Assembly (NCBI GenBank): GCA_963663165.1
Contig: OY760175.1
Span: forward strand, 3,936,001 to 4,000,000
DNA: 64,000 nt
Origin: an uncultured Desulfospira sp.
GTDB lineage: Bacteria; Desulfobacterota; Desulfobacteria; Desulfobacterales; Desulfobacteraceae
Direction: 5' to 3'
Below are positions 29,824 through 39,746 of the stretch, piece by piece (position 1 is the stretch's first letter; every line of letters begins with the position of its first letter). Both the position numbers and the translations under genes were made by a program. Below the pieces are notes generated by a model. It was not told where the DNA came from. It did no database searches and was given only the letters and a program-made list of their open reading frames with translations.

Positions 29824-30336
29824 ATGAAAACAGGTAATATACAAAAAAAACTAGCCGGGCTAAAGGACAGTAAATTTTCAGGAAACCCTTTGTATTTCTT
29901 ATTGATTATTTCAGGAGCAATTTTCTCTTCAGAATTCATAATCATGATGTTTTTTCACTATCTACCACATCTACCGGCTTATCAGGAAGCTTTTTTGGAT
30001 GCCTTCATATTGACAGCTATTGTGTTCCCCGTACTGTATTTATTGGTTTTTCGACCCTTAACAATCTATATCAGGATTGGCAAAGAGACAGAAAAGGAAA
30101 AAAACAGCCTCATTGATAAACTTCAAAAGGCTCTGGATGAGGTGAAAACCCTCCAGGGAATAATCCCGATTTGCAGTTCATGTAAAAAAATCAGAGACGA
30201 TGAAGGATATTGGAACCGGATTGAGTCGTATATGGAAAAAAGAACTGATGCCCACTTCAGCCACAGCATCTGCCCGGAATGTGAAAAAAAACTTTATAGC
30301 GATGAGGACTGGTTCAGAAAAAAAGATTTTAAATAA
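29824..30336 (+). CDS. Membrane protein with the Cys/His tail found on many deltaproteobacterial signalling proteins
   Basis: Two TM segments, then GIIPICSSCKKIRDDEGYW...FSHSICPEC. Confidence 0.75.
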   Translation: MKTGNIQKKLAGLKDSKFSGNPLYFLLIISGAIFSSEFIIMMFFHYLPHLPAYQEAFLDAFILTAIVFPVLYLLVFRPLTIYIRIGKETEKEKNSLIDKLQKALDEVKTLQGIIPICSSCKKIRDDEGYWNRIESYMEKRTDAHFSHSICPECEKKLYSDEDWFRKKDFK

Positions 30337-30429
30337 CGGCTCTACAAAGACATTTATAGCCAAGAGATACGGTTGTTCTCTCCCAAACTTGCATAATTGG
30401 ACACGGAAAAATGGAATCCAAATTAACAA

Positions 30430-30480
30430 ATAGGCATCGAACAACTCAAACTCTGCTTCTTCAAGAAATTCAAGAATCAT
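30430..30480 (-). pseudogene. Truncated ParE/RelE-like toxin start
   Basis: MILEFLEEAEFELFDA overlaps the antitoxin stop (ATGA), then similarity is lost. Confidence 0.45.
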
Positions 30481-30707
30481 TGATTAAGTCTACGGTCTAA
30501 ATCAGAAAAAACTTCACTGGCTGGTCGCGAACCAGCTTCCCCCCGGTCATAACGGGCAATACGATTCCTGATTTCCGTATCCCAGGCACGCCTTACATCT
30601 TCTGAGGAATAGGGCTCGTTTAACTTCAATAACCGATTTACAAGTGTAAATCTCTGATCTTCCGGAAGCTGACGGGCTTCTTCCAATATTTGATTTATTG
30701 AGTTCAT
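30477..30707 (-). CDS. Addiction-module antitoxin (TIGR02574-like)
   Basis: LPEDQRFTLVNRLL...AWDTEIRNRI. Confidence 0.75.
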   Translation of the reverse strand: MNSINQILEEARQLPEDQRFTLVNRLLKLNEPYSSEDVRRAWDTEIRNRIARYDRGEAGSRPASEVFSDLDRRLNQ

Positions 30708-30917
30708 AATTTACAATATACCAATCCCCTTTTCATTTGTCATAATATATTAGCTGTTTTAGATACCATGACTTACGGGCCATCTCTTAACAGCAGAAAT
30801 GCCACGTTGTGCCGGTTTGCAAAAAATCGGATGGTTGCCGCGTCCGATTCTACGCATATAAAAAACCCCTGATCTAAACTTTGTACAAAAGTTTAAATCA
30901 AGGGCTTTCGCTATCTA

Positions 30918-30981
30918 AAAAGGGGTTAACCGAAATCGGCTAACCCCTTGAATTATCTGGTAGCGACGCAGGGATTTGAAC
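30918..30981 (-). repeat. Distal att copy: tRNA-Met 3' end plus terminator hairpin
   Basis: CCTTGAATTATCTGGTAGCGACGCAGGGATTTGAAC shared with 38478 and 50700; hairpin shared with 38450-38480. Confidence 0.9.
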
Positions 30982-30988
30982 TTTTTTA

Positions 30989-31140
30989 GTAACTATTCAG
31001 CAGTGCCTCATCTTCGCTCATTCAGGCCTTCTCACATAGCAAAAGTATGCTACGAAGTCCTGACTAAACAAATATGAAGCACTGATGAACAGTTACGGAC
31101 CCTGTTGTTGCTTAGTTTTCAGCATTAGCTGAATAGTTAC
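30989..31140. mobile_element. 152-bp MITE (IS66/ISBst12-like ends)
   Basis: TIR GTAACTATTCAGC/GCTGAATAGTTAC; 8-bp TSD CTTTTTTA at 30981-30988 and 31141-31148. Confidence 0.88.
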
Positions 31141-31318
31141 CTTTTTTATTTATACATATCTAATCAAATGGTTACAGATTTTGATTTTAAAAAATACCGT
31201 CATAATACCGTCGTTGCGTAGCTGGTTACAGGGTTAATATTTTATAAAGTTGAATTCTGACTTTTCAAACCCGGACACATCATATAGCGGTTGGTGGTTT
31301 TAGAAAATTGTCATATCA

Positions 31319-32596
31319 CTACAGTTCATCAGAAGGGATATCCAGGTAAAGAATATTTTTATTGGAATTATCACATTCCATGTTCCAGTGGTATTGAAAT
31401 CCATCCTCTGTGGTGATCCGGTCACTATCAATGTTAACGGAGTTTAAATGATCATCGCTCATAATGATTTTATCCGGCCACAGCCAGATAGTTATAGCTG
31501 CCGCCGTCATCGGTGTGTTCTCAGAATCCGTCTCATCAAAATTAAATTCGTAAGTTAGACTGCGGGTCCATTGTTCCTGTAGCCGTGTTTCATCTTCCGT
31601 CAAGATTTCATTGTAAAAAACCTTTATTTCTTTTTTAGCGATGTTGCCGAGGGCATCTTTGACGACCAGCTTAACAATATTCACACCGGCATCAATGCTG
31701 ATTTCATCAATCTGCCATTCCCAATCCCCTGTGGCAAATCCGCTTTCGCCATTGGAAGACGACCAGCTTATTTCATTAATTCTCAAGCTTTCAAGCCAGG
31801 TTTCCTTTTCATTATTTGTTTGATCGGGCGAATTATCCTCATTAGTTTCCCCGCTTAAAGAAGATGTGGCTGAAGTTTCATTTATACTGGATGAAACTAC
31901 AGTTCCGGACAATGAGGCTATCGATGTGGAATTCGAAAAAAAAGAATTTTGCAGAGACGTACTCTCAACGGCTACATAGGAAGTACAATCGGTCAAGCCA
32001 TAATAAGTCACGAATACTGCTAAATCGTCAGTATTAAGGTTACCGTTATTGTAGAATGAAATAAAAGCTTTTAAATCGGCACCGTCAATGTCCCCATCCC
32101 CGTCAAAATCGCCGGCACATGATCCCCAGAACGCCTTGACTCCATGGGTATTTGAAGTGCTGTAATCAAATACGATCCAACCGACATTCTCTGCCCAGGC
32201 CTTGCCCGTGAATATTCCTGTATTCAGATCAATTGAAACACCATAATCCACTGAAGAACAATTGCCTGTATTCTCACAAGAAAAACTTATCCAACCGATG
32301 TTTTCTCCCCAGGCATATCCTAAAAGGTTGCCGTAGCTGTCATGCTCCACCCCTCCTGATTCGGGGTCCATTTTAATCCATCCAACATTTTCACCCCAGG
32401 CATAACCGGTTAACGCTGTCTCCGTAAGGGTAACTCCGGAGCCAAAAGACGGATTAAAATTAACCCATCCAATATTTTCTCCCCAAGCATAACAGTGGCC
32501 GTCATTATGAGGATCTATGTTTTTGGCAAAGCTGATTCCGATAAGCAAAAACAGCAGACAGGCTGAGGCTATGACAGAAACAGGTATTTTTTTCAT
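31319..32596 (-). CDS. Secreted protein with four (Y/K)AW(G/A)EN(I/V)GW repeats and a dockerin/EF-hand-like loop
   Basis: Signal peptide MKKIPVS; repeats; GDFDGDGDIDGADL; Ser-rich linker; ATGA overlap with the upstream gene. Confidence 0.8.
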   Translation of the reverse strand: MKKIPVSVIASACLLFLLIGISFAKNIDPHNDGHCYAWGENIGWVNFNPSFGSGVTLTETALTGYAWGENVGWIKMDPESGGVEHDSYGNLLGYAWGENIGWISFSCENTGNCSSVDYGVSIDLNTGIFTGKAWAENVGWIVFDYSTSNTHGVKAFWGSCAGDFDGDGDIDGADLKAFISFYNNGNLNTDDLAVFVTYYGLTDCTSYVAVESTSLQNSFFSNSTSIASLSGTVVSSSINETSATSSLSGETNEDNSPDQTNNEKETWLESLRINEISWSSSNGESGFATGDWEWQIDEISIDAGVNIVKLVVKDALGNIAKKEIKVFYNEILTEDETRLQEQWTRSLTYEFNFDETDSENTPMTAAAITIWLWPDKIIMSDDHLNSVNIDSDRITTEDGFQYHWNMECDNSNKNILYLDIPSDEL

Positions 32597-33303
32597 TTCA
32601 TCAAACGCCCTTTTTTTCTTATTCCAGCAAGGCCGATAAGGCCTATACATAACAGGCATAGTGTTCCCGGCAATGGGACAAGATAAGCCGAACGAACAGC
32701 CAGGCCGTAAGTTAAAACATCTTTGCTAATGGTTCCTTGCCCACCGGTATTAAAACTAAATTCCCAGGTAGATTGAAAATTCGAGTCATAAGCATATTCC
32801 GTACCAAATCCGTATCCATTAGAATTTTTTATCAAATAGAGGAAAGGGCCTGTATTATTCAACCCGTACTCGCTTCTTATACTTCCATCAGTATTATAAC
32901 GACCGACATTCCCGAGGCTTTCGTAGAATAAATGCCCTAACTCGCTGGTAATGATATTATAGCCTCCTGTCGTGGTCCCGTCATAACCCCGTTCAAAAAG
33001 GCCATCAACAGCTTCGGGCAATCTCCAGTCACCAGTCCAGGATATATTGAAATCCTCAAAAAATTGGCAGCTCAATTCTTCAGTGTTATTTAAGCTGTCA
33101 GCCCAGGCAGTTTGAGTATTATAATCTGACAACCCATGGGTGTAGTCCAGCCAGATCAAATGCTGAACATCGTCATAAATCAGTTGGTATGTCCCGCCAT
33201 TATAATTTGCCTGGCCGACATAGATTAAGCTTGCCTGGGATACTCCCAATTGGCCTGCTACAAACAATAATGCAGTAAAACTAATTAAAATGTATTTATT
33301 CAT
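32593..33303 (-). CDS. Secreted protein with DUF1566-like core and PEP-CTERM/VPLPA-like sorting tail
   Basis: Signal peptide, GDWRLP, SELGHLFY..LGN, GLAVRS, tail VPLPGTLCLLCIGLIGLAGIRKK. Confidence 0.8.
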   Translation of the reverse strand: MNKYILISFTALLFVAGQLGVSQASLIYVGQANYNGGTYQLIYDDVQHLIWLDYTHGLSDYNTQTAWADSLNNTEELSCQFFEDFNISWTGDWRLPEAVDGLFERGYDGTTTGGYNIITSELGHLFYESLGNVGRYNTDGSIRSEYGLNNTGPFLYLIKNSNGYGFGTEYAYDSNFQSTWEFSFNTGGQGTISKDVLTYGLAVRSAYLVPLPGTLCLLCIGLIGLAGIRKKGRLMK

Positions 33304-33353
33304 TTTCTTTCCGCCCCCTTAGCCCAATCGTTAAGAGACATTTTATTTTAGTG

Positions 33354-34085
33354 TTAATCACGAACCGGCCAGACATACCGTGATCCTGTCTTTAAATAAA
33401 AAGAATATGTTGTGCCAGCATTCATATTAACACACCAGGCATAATTCCCTTCAGAATCAAGAATTCGGGAGGTACTTGACCAATATGCACCGTTAACAAC
33501 ATTATTAAACGGGTCTCCTTGATTACATTGATTGTTGCCTTCTGTATTCGAAATACATGGCCCGACAAAAGAAATTGCACGCAAGCTTTCCAGCTCATTG
33601 ATATTTGGAAGCCGCCAGTCTCCTGCAGAAGAACCGTCCGTAAGAGTTGAATCATCATCTTCCAGGTTGTTACACAGAGTCAGTGCCGTAGCCCAATCCT
33701 GAGCGGCCTCAAAATGATTTGCATTCTTCAGCCAAGTTAGTCCGGTAAGTTTGTCTGTCACAGTACCATTATTGTTATCCACGAATCGAGGTTCTGGCCA
33801 GGAAACCCCTTTTTGGTAATATCTATCATCATAGTTCAAAAAATGGTCTTCCAAATTTGTCTTAGGAAGAGGCGCATCGGTACAAACCAAATCATCCGTA
33901 TAAGCAATAAGCTCATCAACTTTAGCAGACAGCTCAGAATTCTTCTGGGATATCTCTTGCAATGAGACCATTGTCGGTTCAGGGCTACTTGGCGGTTCAA
34001 GATCCCCTGCCAAGATACCTGCAGGGGATACCAAAATCATAATTGCCAACAAAAGCAGCCTTAATTCTTTAAACCATTCCATCAT
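33354..34085 (-). CDS. DUF1566 (Lcl C-terminal) secreted protein
   Basis: RFVDNNNGTVTDKLTGLTW, DWRLPNINEL, YWSST, VWPVR. Confidence 0.88.
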   Translation of the reverse strand: MMEWFKELRLLLLAIMILVSPAGILAGDLEPPSSPEPTMVSLQEISQKNSELSAKVDELIAYTDDLVCTDAPLPKTNLEDHFLNYDDRYYQKGVSWPEPRFVDNNNGTVTDKLTGLTWLKNANHFEAAQDWATALTLCNNLEDDDSTLTDGSSAGDWRLPNINELESLRAISFVGPCISNTEGNNQCNQGDPFNNVVNGAYWSSTSRILDSEGNYAWCVNMNAGTTYSFYLKTGSRYVWPVRD

Positions 34086-34182
34086 TCTTCTCCAAATAAT
34101 TTTGTATGAAAGATTTGAGACCTGGAATATAGAATTTGAGATCTCTTTGGACAAGCCGTTCTCAAATTTAAATCTATCATCA

Positions 34183-34856
34183 TTAGAACGGGTCCCTCAC
34201 GGGCCATAAAAAAGGCCCTTGCTCAGTGGCGGTTGAATCTTTTATTCTGCCATATATCGTGCCTTCGTCCATGGAAACTATCCAGGCATAAGTTTCGTCG
34301 GACATATAAGTAGAACTAGACCAATAAAGGTAATTTTCAATATTATAAAAAGGGTTATCGGATATGCAGGGGTTTGAGTGTTGAAAATTACGCAAGCTTT
34401 TTAATTCATTTAAATTAGGCATTCGCCAGTTTCCCTGGACAGACCCGTCTGTGAGATCGCCACCGGCGGCAAGATCATGGCAGGCCTGTATGGCATCCTC
34501 CCATTTCAATTGGCCGAAATCGTTTGCATTCCTAAGCCAGACGAGATTTGTAAGATTGTCGGTAACCGTTCCATCCCCATTATTCGTAAATCTTGTTTCC
34601 GGAAGTGGAACACCTTTATTTTTATCTGCGTCATCGTGATCTGCAAATATTGTCAACTGGCCGGTTTTCGGCACCGGTGCGTCCCCACAGGCCAAAGCGG
34701 CTTCAATCTTATCGAGAATCACCTGGCTTTGTGTATACACATCTTCAAGCGTCATCATTGTAGACCCAGGGCTGCTTGATGGCTCTAAATCCCCTGCTAT
34801 GATAAAGATGGGGCAATGTAACATCACTAATAGCAGTAAAAGGGCTATCATAATTA
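34183..34856 (-). pseudogene. DUF1566 paralog whose first codons (36735-36756) are split off by an IS
   Basis: RFTNNGDGTVTDNLTNLVW, WRMPNLNEL, YWSSS, LWPVR; removing the IS restores MTIRKIIMIALLL with a GGAGA RBS. Confidence 0.82.
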
Positions 34857-35065
34857 GTGCCTGACCGGAAATTGGAACCATCATATTTTCCAGGGGTATC
34901 TGGGCTGAAATTCGTTTGAAGTTTCTGTTGTGATATGAATTACTTGTTGCTTTTTACTAATTACTATGTTAATCTAACCCTATAAAATTATATAGGATTT
35001 ATGTTTTGTGAGACAAGCCAATAGTAATTCAAACTTCAACATTCCATCAGAACTTCGAGGTCGTT

Positions 35066-35545
35066 TTGCGTAAAATTTTTGAACTACAGATGACATTCGG
35101 GCAGACCCCTATCGATCAAATTAAAATTGATATGAGAGCCAGGGATGAAATCCCCAAACTTCTTTTGGGACTCCAACATATCTATTGCGACCAGAGTCTT
35201 CGACAAAAAGTTTTTGATATCCTCACGGACATGATCCCAGAAAGTACCGATTCTAAAAATGGACGTCCCGGTATGGACCTGTGGAAGATCCTTGTAATGG
35301 GCGTCATTCGGCTCAATTGCAATTGGGATTATGATAAACTCCAGGAAATGGTGAACAACCACAAAACAATAAGGCAGATGCTGGGGCATGGCATGATGGA
35401 CAATGATATCGCCTACCCCCTTCAGACCCTGAAAGATAATGTCAGGCTTATGACCCCAGATATTCTTGACAAAATCAACACTCTGGTTGTGCAAGAAGGC
35501 CATAAACTTCTGATGAAAAAAAAACTTCGGACGATGGAGCCTTGA
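35066..35545 (+). CDS. Transposase OrfA
   Basis: GRPGMDLWKILV; ends just after an A9 tract. Confidence 0.8.
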   Translation: MRKIFELQMTFGQTPIDQIKIDMRARDEIPKLLLGLQHIYCDQSLRQKVFDILTDMIPESTDSKNGRPGMDLWKILVMGVIRLNCNWDYDKLQEMVNNHKTIRQMLGHGMMDNDIAYPLQTLKDNVRLMTPDILDKINTLVVQEGHKLLMKKKLRTMEP

Positions 35546-36546
35546 TTGGGCGGTGTGATTCATTCGTTGTAGAAACCAATGTTCATTATCCCACAGATAT
35601 CAACCTGCTTTTTGATGCAGTCCGAAAAATGATTCAAATTGCCGCTATTATCAGCCAGGACATTGGAACGAGTATGTGGCGGCAATCAGCGTATAATATT
35701 AAAGCATTTAAAAAGCTTTATCGAATAGTCCAGCGTTTGAAACATTCCACATCAAAGGATGAAAAGAAAAAGGCCAAAAGAGTCCAGCAAATTATGGATG
35801 CCCATACAGCATATATCAAGCTTGCTGAAAAATATATTCAAAAGGCGCGATTGACCGTGGAAATGATACCGGCATCCGATATTATATGTGCAGCCCGAGC
35901 TGAAGAATTACAAACATATATCAACTACGCACTTTGGCAAATTGATTTGATCAAACGCCGGGTGTTACAGGATGAAAAGATCCCCCATGAAGACAAGATT
36001 TTTTCGATTTTCGAACCCCACACGGAGTGGATTTCAAAAGGCAAGGCCGGTGTTCCCCAGGAATTGGGCTTGCGGGTATGTATCCTGGAGGACCAATATG
36101 GCTTTATCCTGCACCACCGGGTGATGGAGAAAGAAACCGATGATAAAGTCGCCGTTGCGATGGTAACATTGGCACAAAGCAAATTTTCTGATCTCAAAGG
36201 ATGCAGTTTTGATAAAGGGTTTTACTCTCCAGGCAACAAAAAGGACCTGAAGGGCAGATTGGATATTTTGGTGCTTCCGAAAAAAGGCAGATGCAACAAG
36301 GCGGAATATGAAGAAGAAACAGCGGAAGATTTCATTCGTTTTAAAAGAAAACATTCAGCGGTGGAATCTGCCATAAACGGACTGGAAAATCATGGTCTTG
36401 ACAGATGCCCGGATCATGGCATTCAAGGGTTTAAGAGGTATGTGAGCCTGTCGGTTTTGGCAAGAAATCTCCAGATCATCGGGCATCACATACAACAAAA
36501 GGGATTAAAAAAGCTGCAAGGGTCTGAACAGCGCAAAGCAGCTTAA
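35542..36546 (+). CDS. Transposase OrfB (DDE), -1 frame relative to OrfA
   Basis: DSFVVETNVHYPTD, KGKAG, FDKGF, HSAVESAIN. Confidence 0.85.
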   Translation: MIGRCDSFVVETNVHYPTDINLLFDAVRKMIQIAAIISQDIGTSMWRQSAYNIKAFKKLYRIVQRLKHSTSKDEKKKAKRVQQIMDAHTAYIKLAEKYIQKARLTVEMIPASDIICAARAEELQTYINYALWQIDLIKRRVLQDEKIPHEDKIFSIFEPHTEWISKGKAGVPQELGLRVCILEDQYGFILHHRVMEKETDDKVAVAMVTLAQSKFSDLKGCSFDKGFYSPGNKKDLKGRLDILVLPKKGRCNKAEYEEETAEDFIRFKRKHSAVESAINGLENHGLDRCPDHGIQGFKRYVSLSVLARNLQIIGHHIQQKGLKKLQGSEQRKAA

Positions 36547-37063
36547 AACAGGCCATTGCTTAAAAAAAACACGGCAAACACTACAGTTGCGTCCGGAAAA
36601 GGAGAAAGTTGCCGAAAACCGGCAGAGATGGAAGCATTTCTCCCGGTTTGTGATGACAGGAACAACAAAGATTTAAGGTTTTGTCAAACATCGACCCCCT
36701 GAAAATTTCAAAATCGGGGTTTCCGGTCAGGCACTAATTATCTTACGAATAGTCATCTTAAGATATCTCCTATCTAAATCTTGTTGAAGCGAATTTTGCT
36801 ATTTTTTTCTGATATCTAAGCCATCTTGCAAAGTCAAGGTAAATTTTTTTATTGATAGAATTCTAATAAATCAGGATAATAGAAAAGAAATGACCATCAA
36901 AAAAAGAGGCAAGCCGATTGTTGGCTCTATTCAAAATCCCTTCTTGAAAACTTCTCATAAATTAACTGAGCAATCATGGTTATAAAACTCAGACCCCAAA
37001 TCCGAATTCAAATACCAAATCTTGTGGTCCGGTTCAAATCCCCAGATTACATTTTATATATCA

Positions 37064-37279
37064 TCAACCAACCGTAGCAGCTTGCCCAGACGGACACTGT
37101 AAATCCCGTGCCACCACTTTTGATTTAATCCAATTCTCAACCTCGGTATCAACCCACCCAACAGACCGGACCCCCAACTTAATTGACTGAGGGAAGGCCC
37201 CCGTCTCCATGAGGGAATATATTTGAGACCGGCAAAAGCCGGTTGTTTCCGTTACATCTTTAATTCGCAGTATTTTCAT
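37064..37279 (-). CDS. alpA: AlpA-family regulator / excisionase
   Basis: ILRIKDVTETTGFCRSQIY...FPQSIKLGVRSVGW. Confidence 0.88.
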   Translation of the reverse strand: MKILRIKDVTETTGFCRSQIYSLMETGAFPQSIKLGVRSVGWVDTEVENWIKSKVVARDLQCPSGQAATVG

Positions 37280-37783
37280 TGTTGAGCCTCTAATTTTCCC
37301 CGTTATTCATCGAAAAGCGTCATTTGCCTGGGGTCACTGTTTTTTTTGATTGTCCTGGAGGGCTGTTTCCCGGTAGCAAGCCGGCAAGCCTTTCGCCATG
37401 CCTTGTGCCCGCTTGAGGTGCCGCCATACTGAACACGGCTGCAATATTCCTAGTACCCCATGCGAAGGACCTTGTTGACGTATTTTTTGTCTTTGAGGTT
37501 CACGCCGTCCAAAAGTTCGGCGACCAGGGCTTTTGCAGGAGTGATCAGGTTAGACATGGATCGCCCCCAAGGAGCTAAAGGGGGGTGAAAACAAAAATCC
37601 GGTCGTGGCCTGAAACAACGGCCATGCCGGATTATTTGAAAGCTGATTTTCCATATTGCCCTCCATTATGGAGAGCAACAAGGGTGTGGTGATTACCTGT
37701 GCCGGTCAATCATGTGTATGACGGCATAGGGTTTGTTTGTGTGTCAATTATTATTTTTTTTTGCACTCGTGCGTAAAAAAGCG

Positions 37784-37813
37784 TTGACAATAATTACACA
37801 CGGTGTGTAAATT
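37784..37813 (+). promoter_or_regulatory. sigma-70 promoter of hicAB with overlapping palindromic operator
   Basis: TTGACA at 37784; TTACACAC-G-GTGTGTAA at 37794-37810 overlaps the -10 region. Confidence 0.65.
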
Positions 37814-37837
37814 TTGATAAAACAAAGGGGATGTTCA

Positions 37838-38011
37838 ATGAACAAACGCCAACTCAAGAAAAAACTTAAAGAAAAAGGGGCATCATTCATTCGTCAGGGT
37901 GGGGGGCATGAGGTTTGGCTGAGTAAAAACGGTTATATGTTCACGGTTCCCCGGCATAATGAAATTTTAGAGAGAACGGCAAAAGACATATTGAAACAGG
38001 CTGATAAATAA
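37838..38011 (+). CDS. hicA: HicA toxin
   Basis: RQGGGHEVW, VPRHNEI. Confidence 0.88.
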   Translation: MNKRQLKKKLKEKGASFIRQGGGHEVWLSKNGYMFTVPRHNEILERTAKDILKQADK

Positions 38012-38021
38012 GGAGAAAGCT

Positions 38022-38429
38022 ATGGAAATATATTATGGGATTTTCTCTCCGGACGAAAGCGGCTGGGCTGTCCGGTTCCCGGATGCCCCGGCGGTGAACA
38101 CCTGCGGTGAGGATATCGAACAGGCCCTTGAAATGGCCGTGGACGCCTTAAGCGCAATTATGGTTATGGGCCGGAAAGGGCGAGAGTATGAGGTCCCAAG
38201 GGGGTATGAGGAAATTAAAGCTGAGGCTGAACCCGGGGAGCTTATTTTTCCAGTGATGCCGACGGAAAAGGCGATGGAGGAATACCGACCCAAAAAGCGT
38301 ATTAATGTTATGATCCCGGTGGACCTGCTGGACCGTGTGAATGAACACGTCAAAAGTCAGGATGGGGTTGACCGGTCAAAGTTTATTTGCGGAGCCGTTG
38401 AAAAAAGTCTTGAGATGGAAACTGAATAG
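38022..38429 (+). CDS. hicB: HicB antitoxin with C-terminal RHH
   Basis: VRFPDAP..TCGEDIEQALEMA..AL; RINVMIP...DRSKFI. Confidence 0.88.
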   Translation: MEIYYGIFSPDESGWAVRFPDAPAVNTCGEDIEQALEMAVDALSAIMVMGRKGREYEVPRGYEEIKAEAEPGELIFPVMPTEKAMEEYRPKKRINVMIPVDLLDRVNEHVKSQDGVDRSKFICGAVEKSLEMETE

Positions 38430-38477
38430 GGGCGGTTATATAGAAGTACAAAAGGGGTTAACCGAAACCGGCTAACC

Positions 38478-38525
38478 CCTTGAATTATCTGGTAGCGACG
38501 CAGGGATTTGAACCCCGGACTCTGC
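38478..38525 (-). repeat. att copy, 48 bp identical to 50700-50747 (tRNA-Met 3' end)
   Basis: CCTTGAATTATCTGGTAGCGACGCAGGGATTTGAACCCCGGACTCTGC. Confidence 0.93.
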
Positions 38526-39045
38526 TGTTCTACCCGCATGTTGGCCAAATGTGTGCCTTCGCGTTTGTCTATGTCGTGGGCATGTGTGTAAACTTTTTGG
38601 GCAGGGGAGTCAAGACCAATATGGTAGAATTTTTCAGTGAATAACCTGTCTTTAAGTATTGATTGACACAAGCCTTCCAAAGCAATATCAGACCTGAGTG
38701 TCTTTATCATGATAGCTAAACTGAAAGGTGATTTATGAAACGCTTACTTACTGCTTGTTTGTTCGTTGTGTTGTTACTTGCTGCTGATACTTTGGGCTGC
38801 ATCGGCGGGGTATTACCATTACCAGTTCTCAGGGGCCGAAAATTCCACCACAAATTTCTGAGTGCCTGTTATTAAGATGCTTCAGGGAACGGTTACCCCC
38901 CGTGCCCCCGGGCCGGTAACCAGTCTGCTTAATTCCCGGCTAATAACGGCCCGTTTCTATTCAAAATGGTGGCGCTCTTTGAATACTTCCAAGTTAACCG
39001 GGAGTATGCCCCGGACTGTTCAACCAGGAGCGCCGCCCTATGTCC

Positions 39046-39543
39046 TTACCCTGCCTTCAAGACATTATAGATGGTGGCCCGGCTGACCCCGTACGCCTTG
39101 GACAATTGGGTGGGATTCATGCCGTTGCTTCGCTTGCTTCGGATCTCGGATCTCTGCTGGCTGTTGAGCGTTGGCTTACGTCCCTTGTAGACTCCCTGGG
39201 CCTTGGCCCTCTGTATCCCTGCGGTCTGTCTTTCCTTTCTTAGGTTCGTCTCAAATTCAGCAAAGACCCCCAGCATCTGAAGGAAGGCCTTTCCACTGGC
39301 CGTGCTGGTGTCTATCTTCTGGTCCAGGATTTCAAGGCTTGCCCCCTTGTCTCTGAGAGTCTCCATGATGTCGGACAGGTCTTTCATGTTCCTGGCAAGG
39401 CGGTCCAGCTTCCAGACCACAAGCTTTTCTCCCTGGTCAACCATCTTGAGGACGGTATCAAGCTGATCCCGGCCTTTAGTCGTGGTCCCTGACTTCTTTT
39501 CCTCCAGGATCTTAGCGTCAGGACATACCGCACCAAGTCGCAC
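39046..39543 (-). pseudogene. Serine recombinase lacking the N-terminal catalytic YxRVS motif
   Basis: EKKSG, VWKLDRLAR, AEFETNLRKERQ, GRK and HTH present; RVS motif absent. Confidence 0.75.
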
Positions 39544-39746
39544 CAGTCTTAGAATTACCCGTTTTTGATTGCCGCATTCGTGTCACCAGAGTGTGTCACG
39601 TATGGTGTACCTTTCGGAACACGCCTGGTATGTCCCAAGACCCGCATGGTTAGATGTAACGTAAAGCCATTTTAATGTTTTACTTGACATTTGTACGTAA
39701 GGTCTTTAGGGTTACGTAACACTGACCCCAATTAGGAGACCACACC

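Larger units (their letters stand above)
34857..36734 (+). mobile_element. ISNCY-family (ISDol1-like) insertion sequence, 1878 bp
   Basis: TIR GTGCCTGACCGGAAA; flanking TAATTA on both sides (palindromic, so the TIR/TSD boundary is ambiguous by a few bp). Confidence 0.85.
30982..38477. mobile_element. Distal integrase-less genomic island at tRNA-Met
   Basis: Bounded by tRNA 3'-end copies; AT-richer; contains alpA, hicAB and an IS. Confidence 0.75.

Noticed and set aside
29072..30860. Integron cassette array (small genes with TAAC after stops)
   Set aside because: No convincing paired attC boxes or integron integrase; genes are in mixed orientation
30946..30981. Additional tRNA genes here and at 38490-38525
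   Set aside because: Only 3' portions; D-arm and anticodon absent, so these are att remnants
32593..34884. Complete diversity-generating retroelement
   Set aside because: No RT, Avd or template repeat visible in the window
37300..37560. Short phage-like ORF fragments upstream of alpA
   Set aside because: Only about 35 codons before a stop; cannot be assigned
38735..39086. Short signal-peptide-like ORF (MKRLLTACLF...) and following frames
   Set aside because: Short and interrupted with no recognisable family; possibly a decayed gene but unsupported
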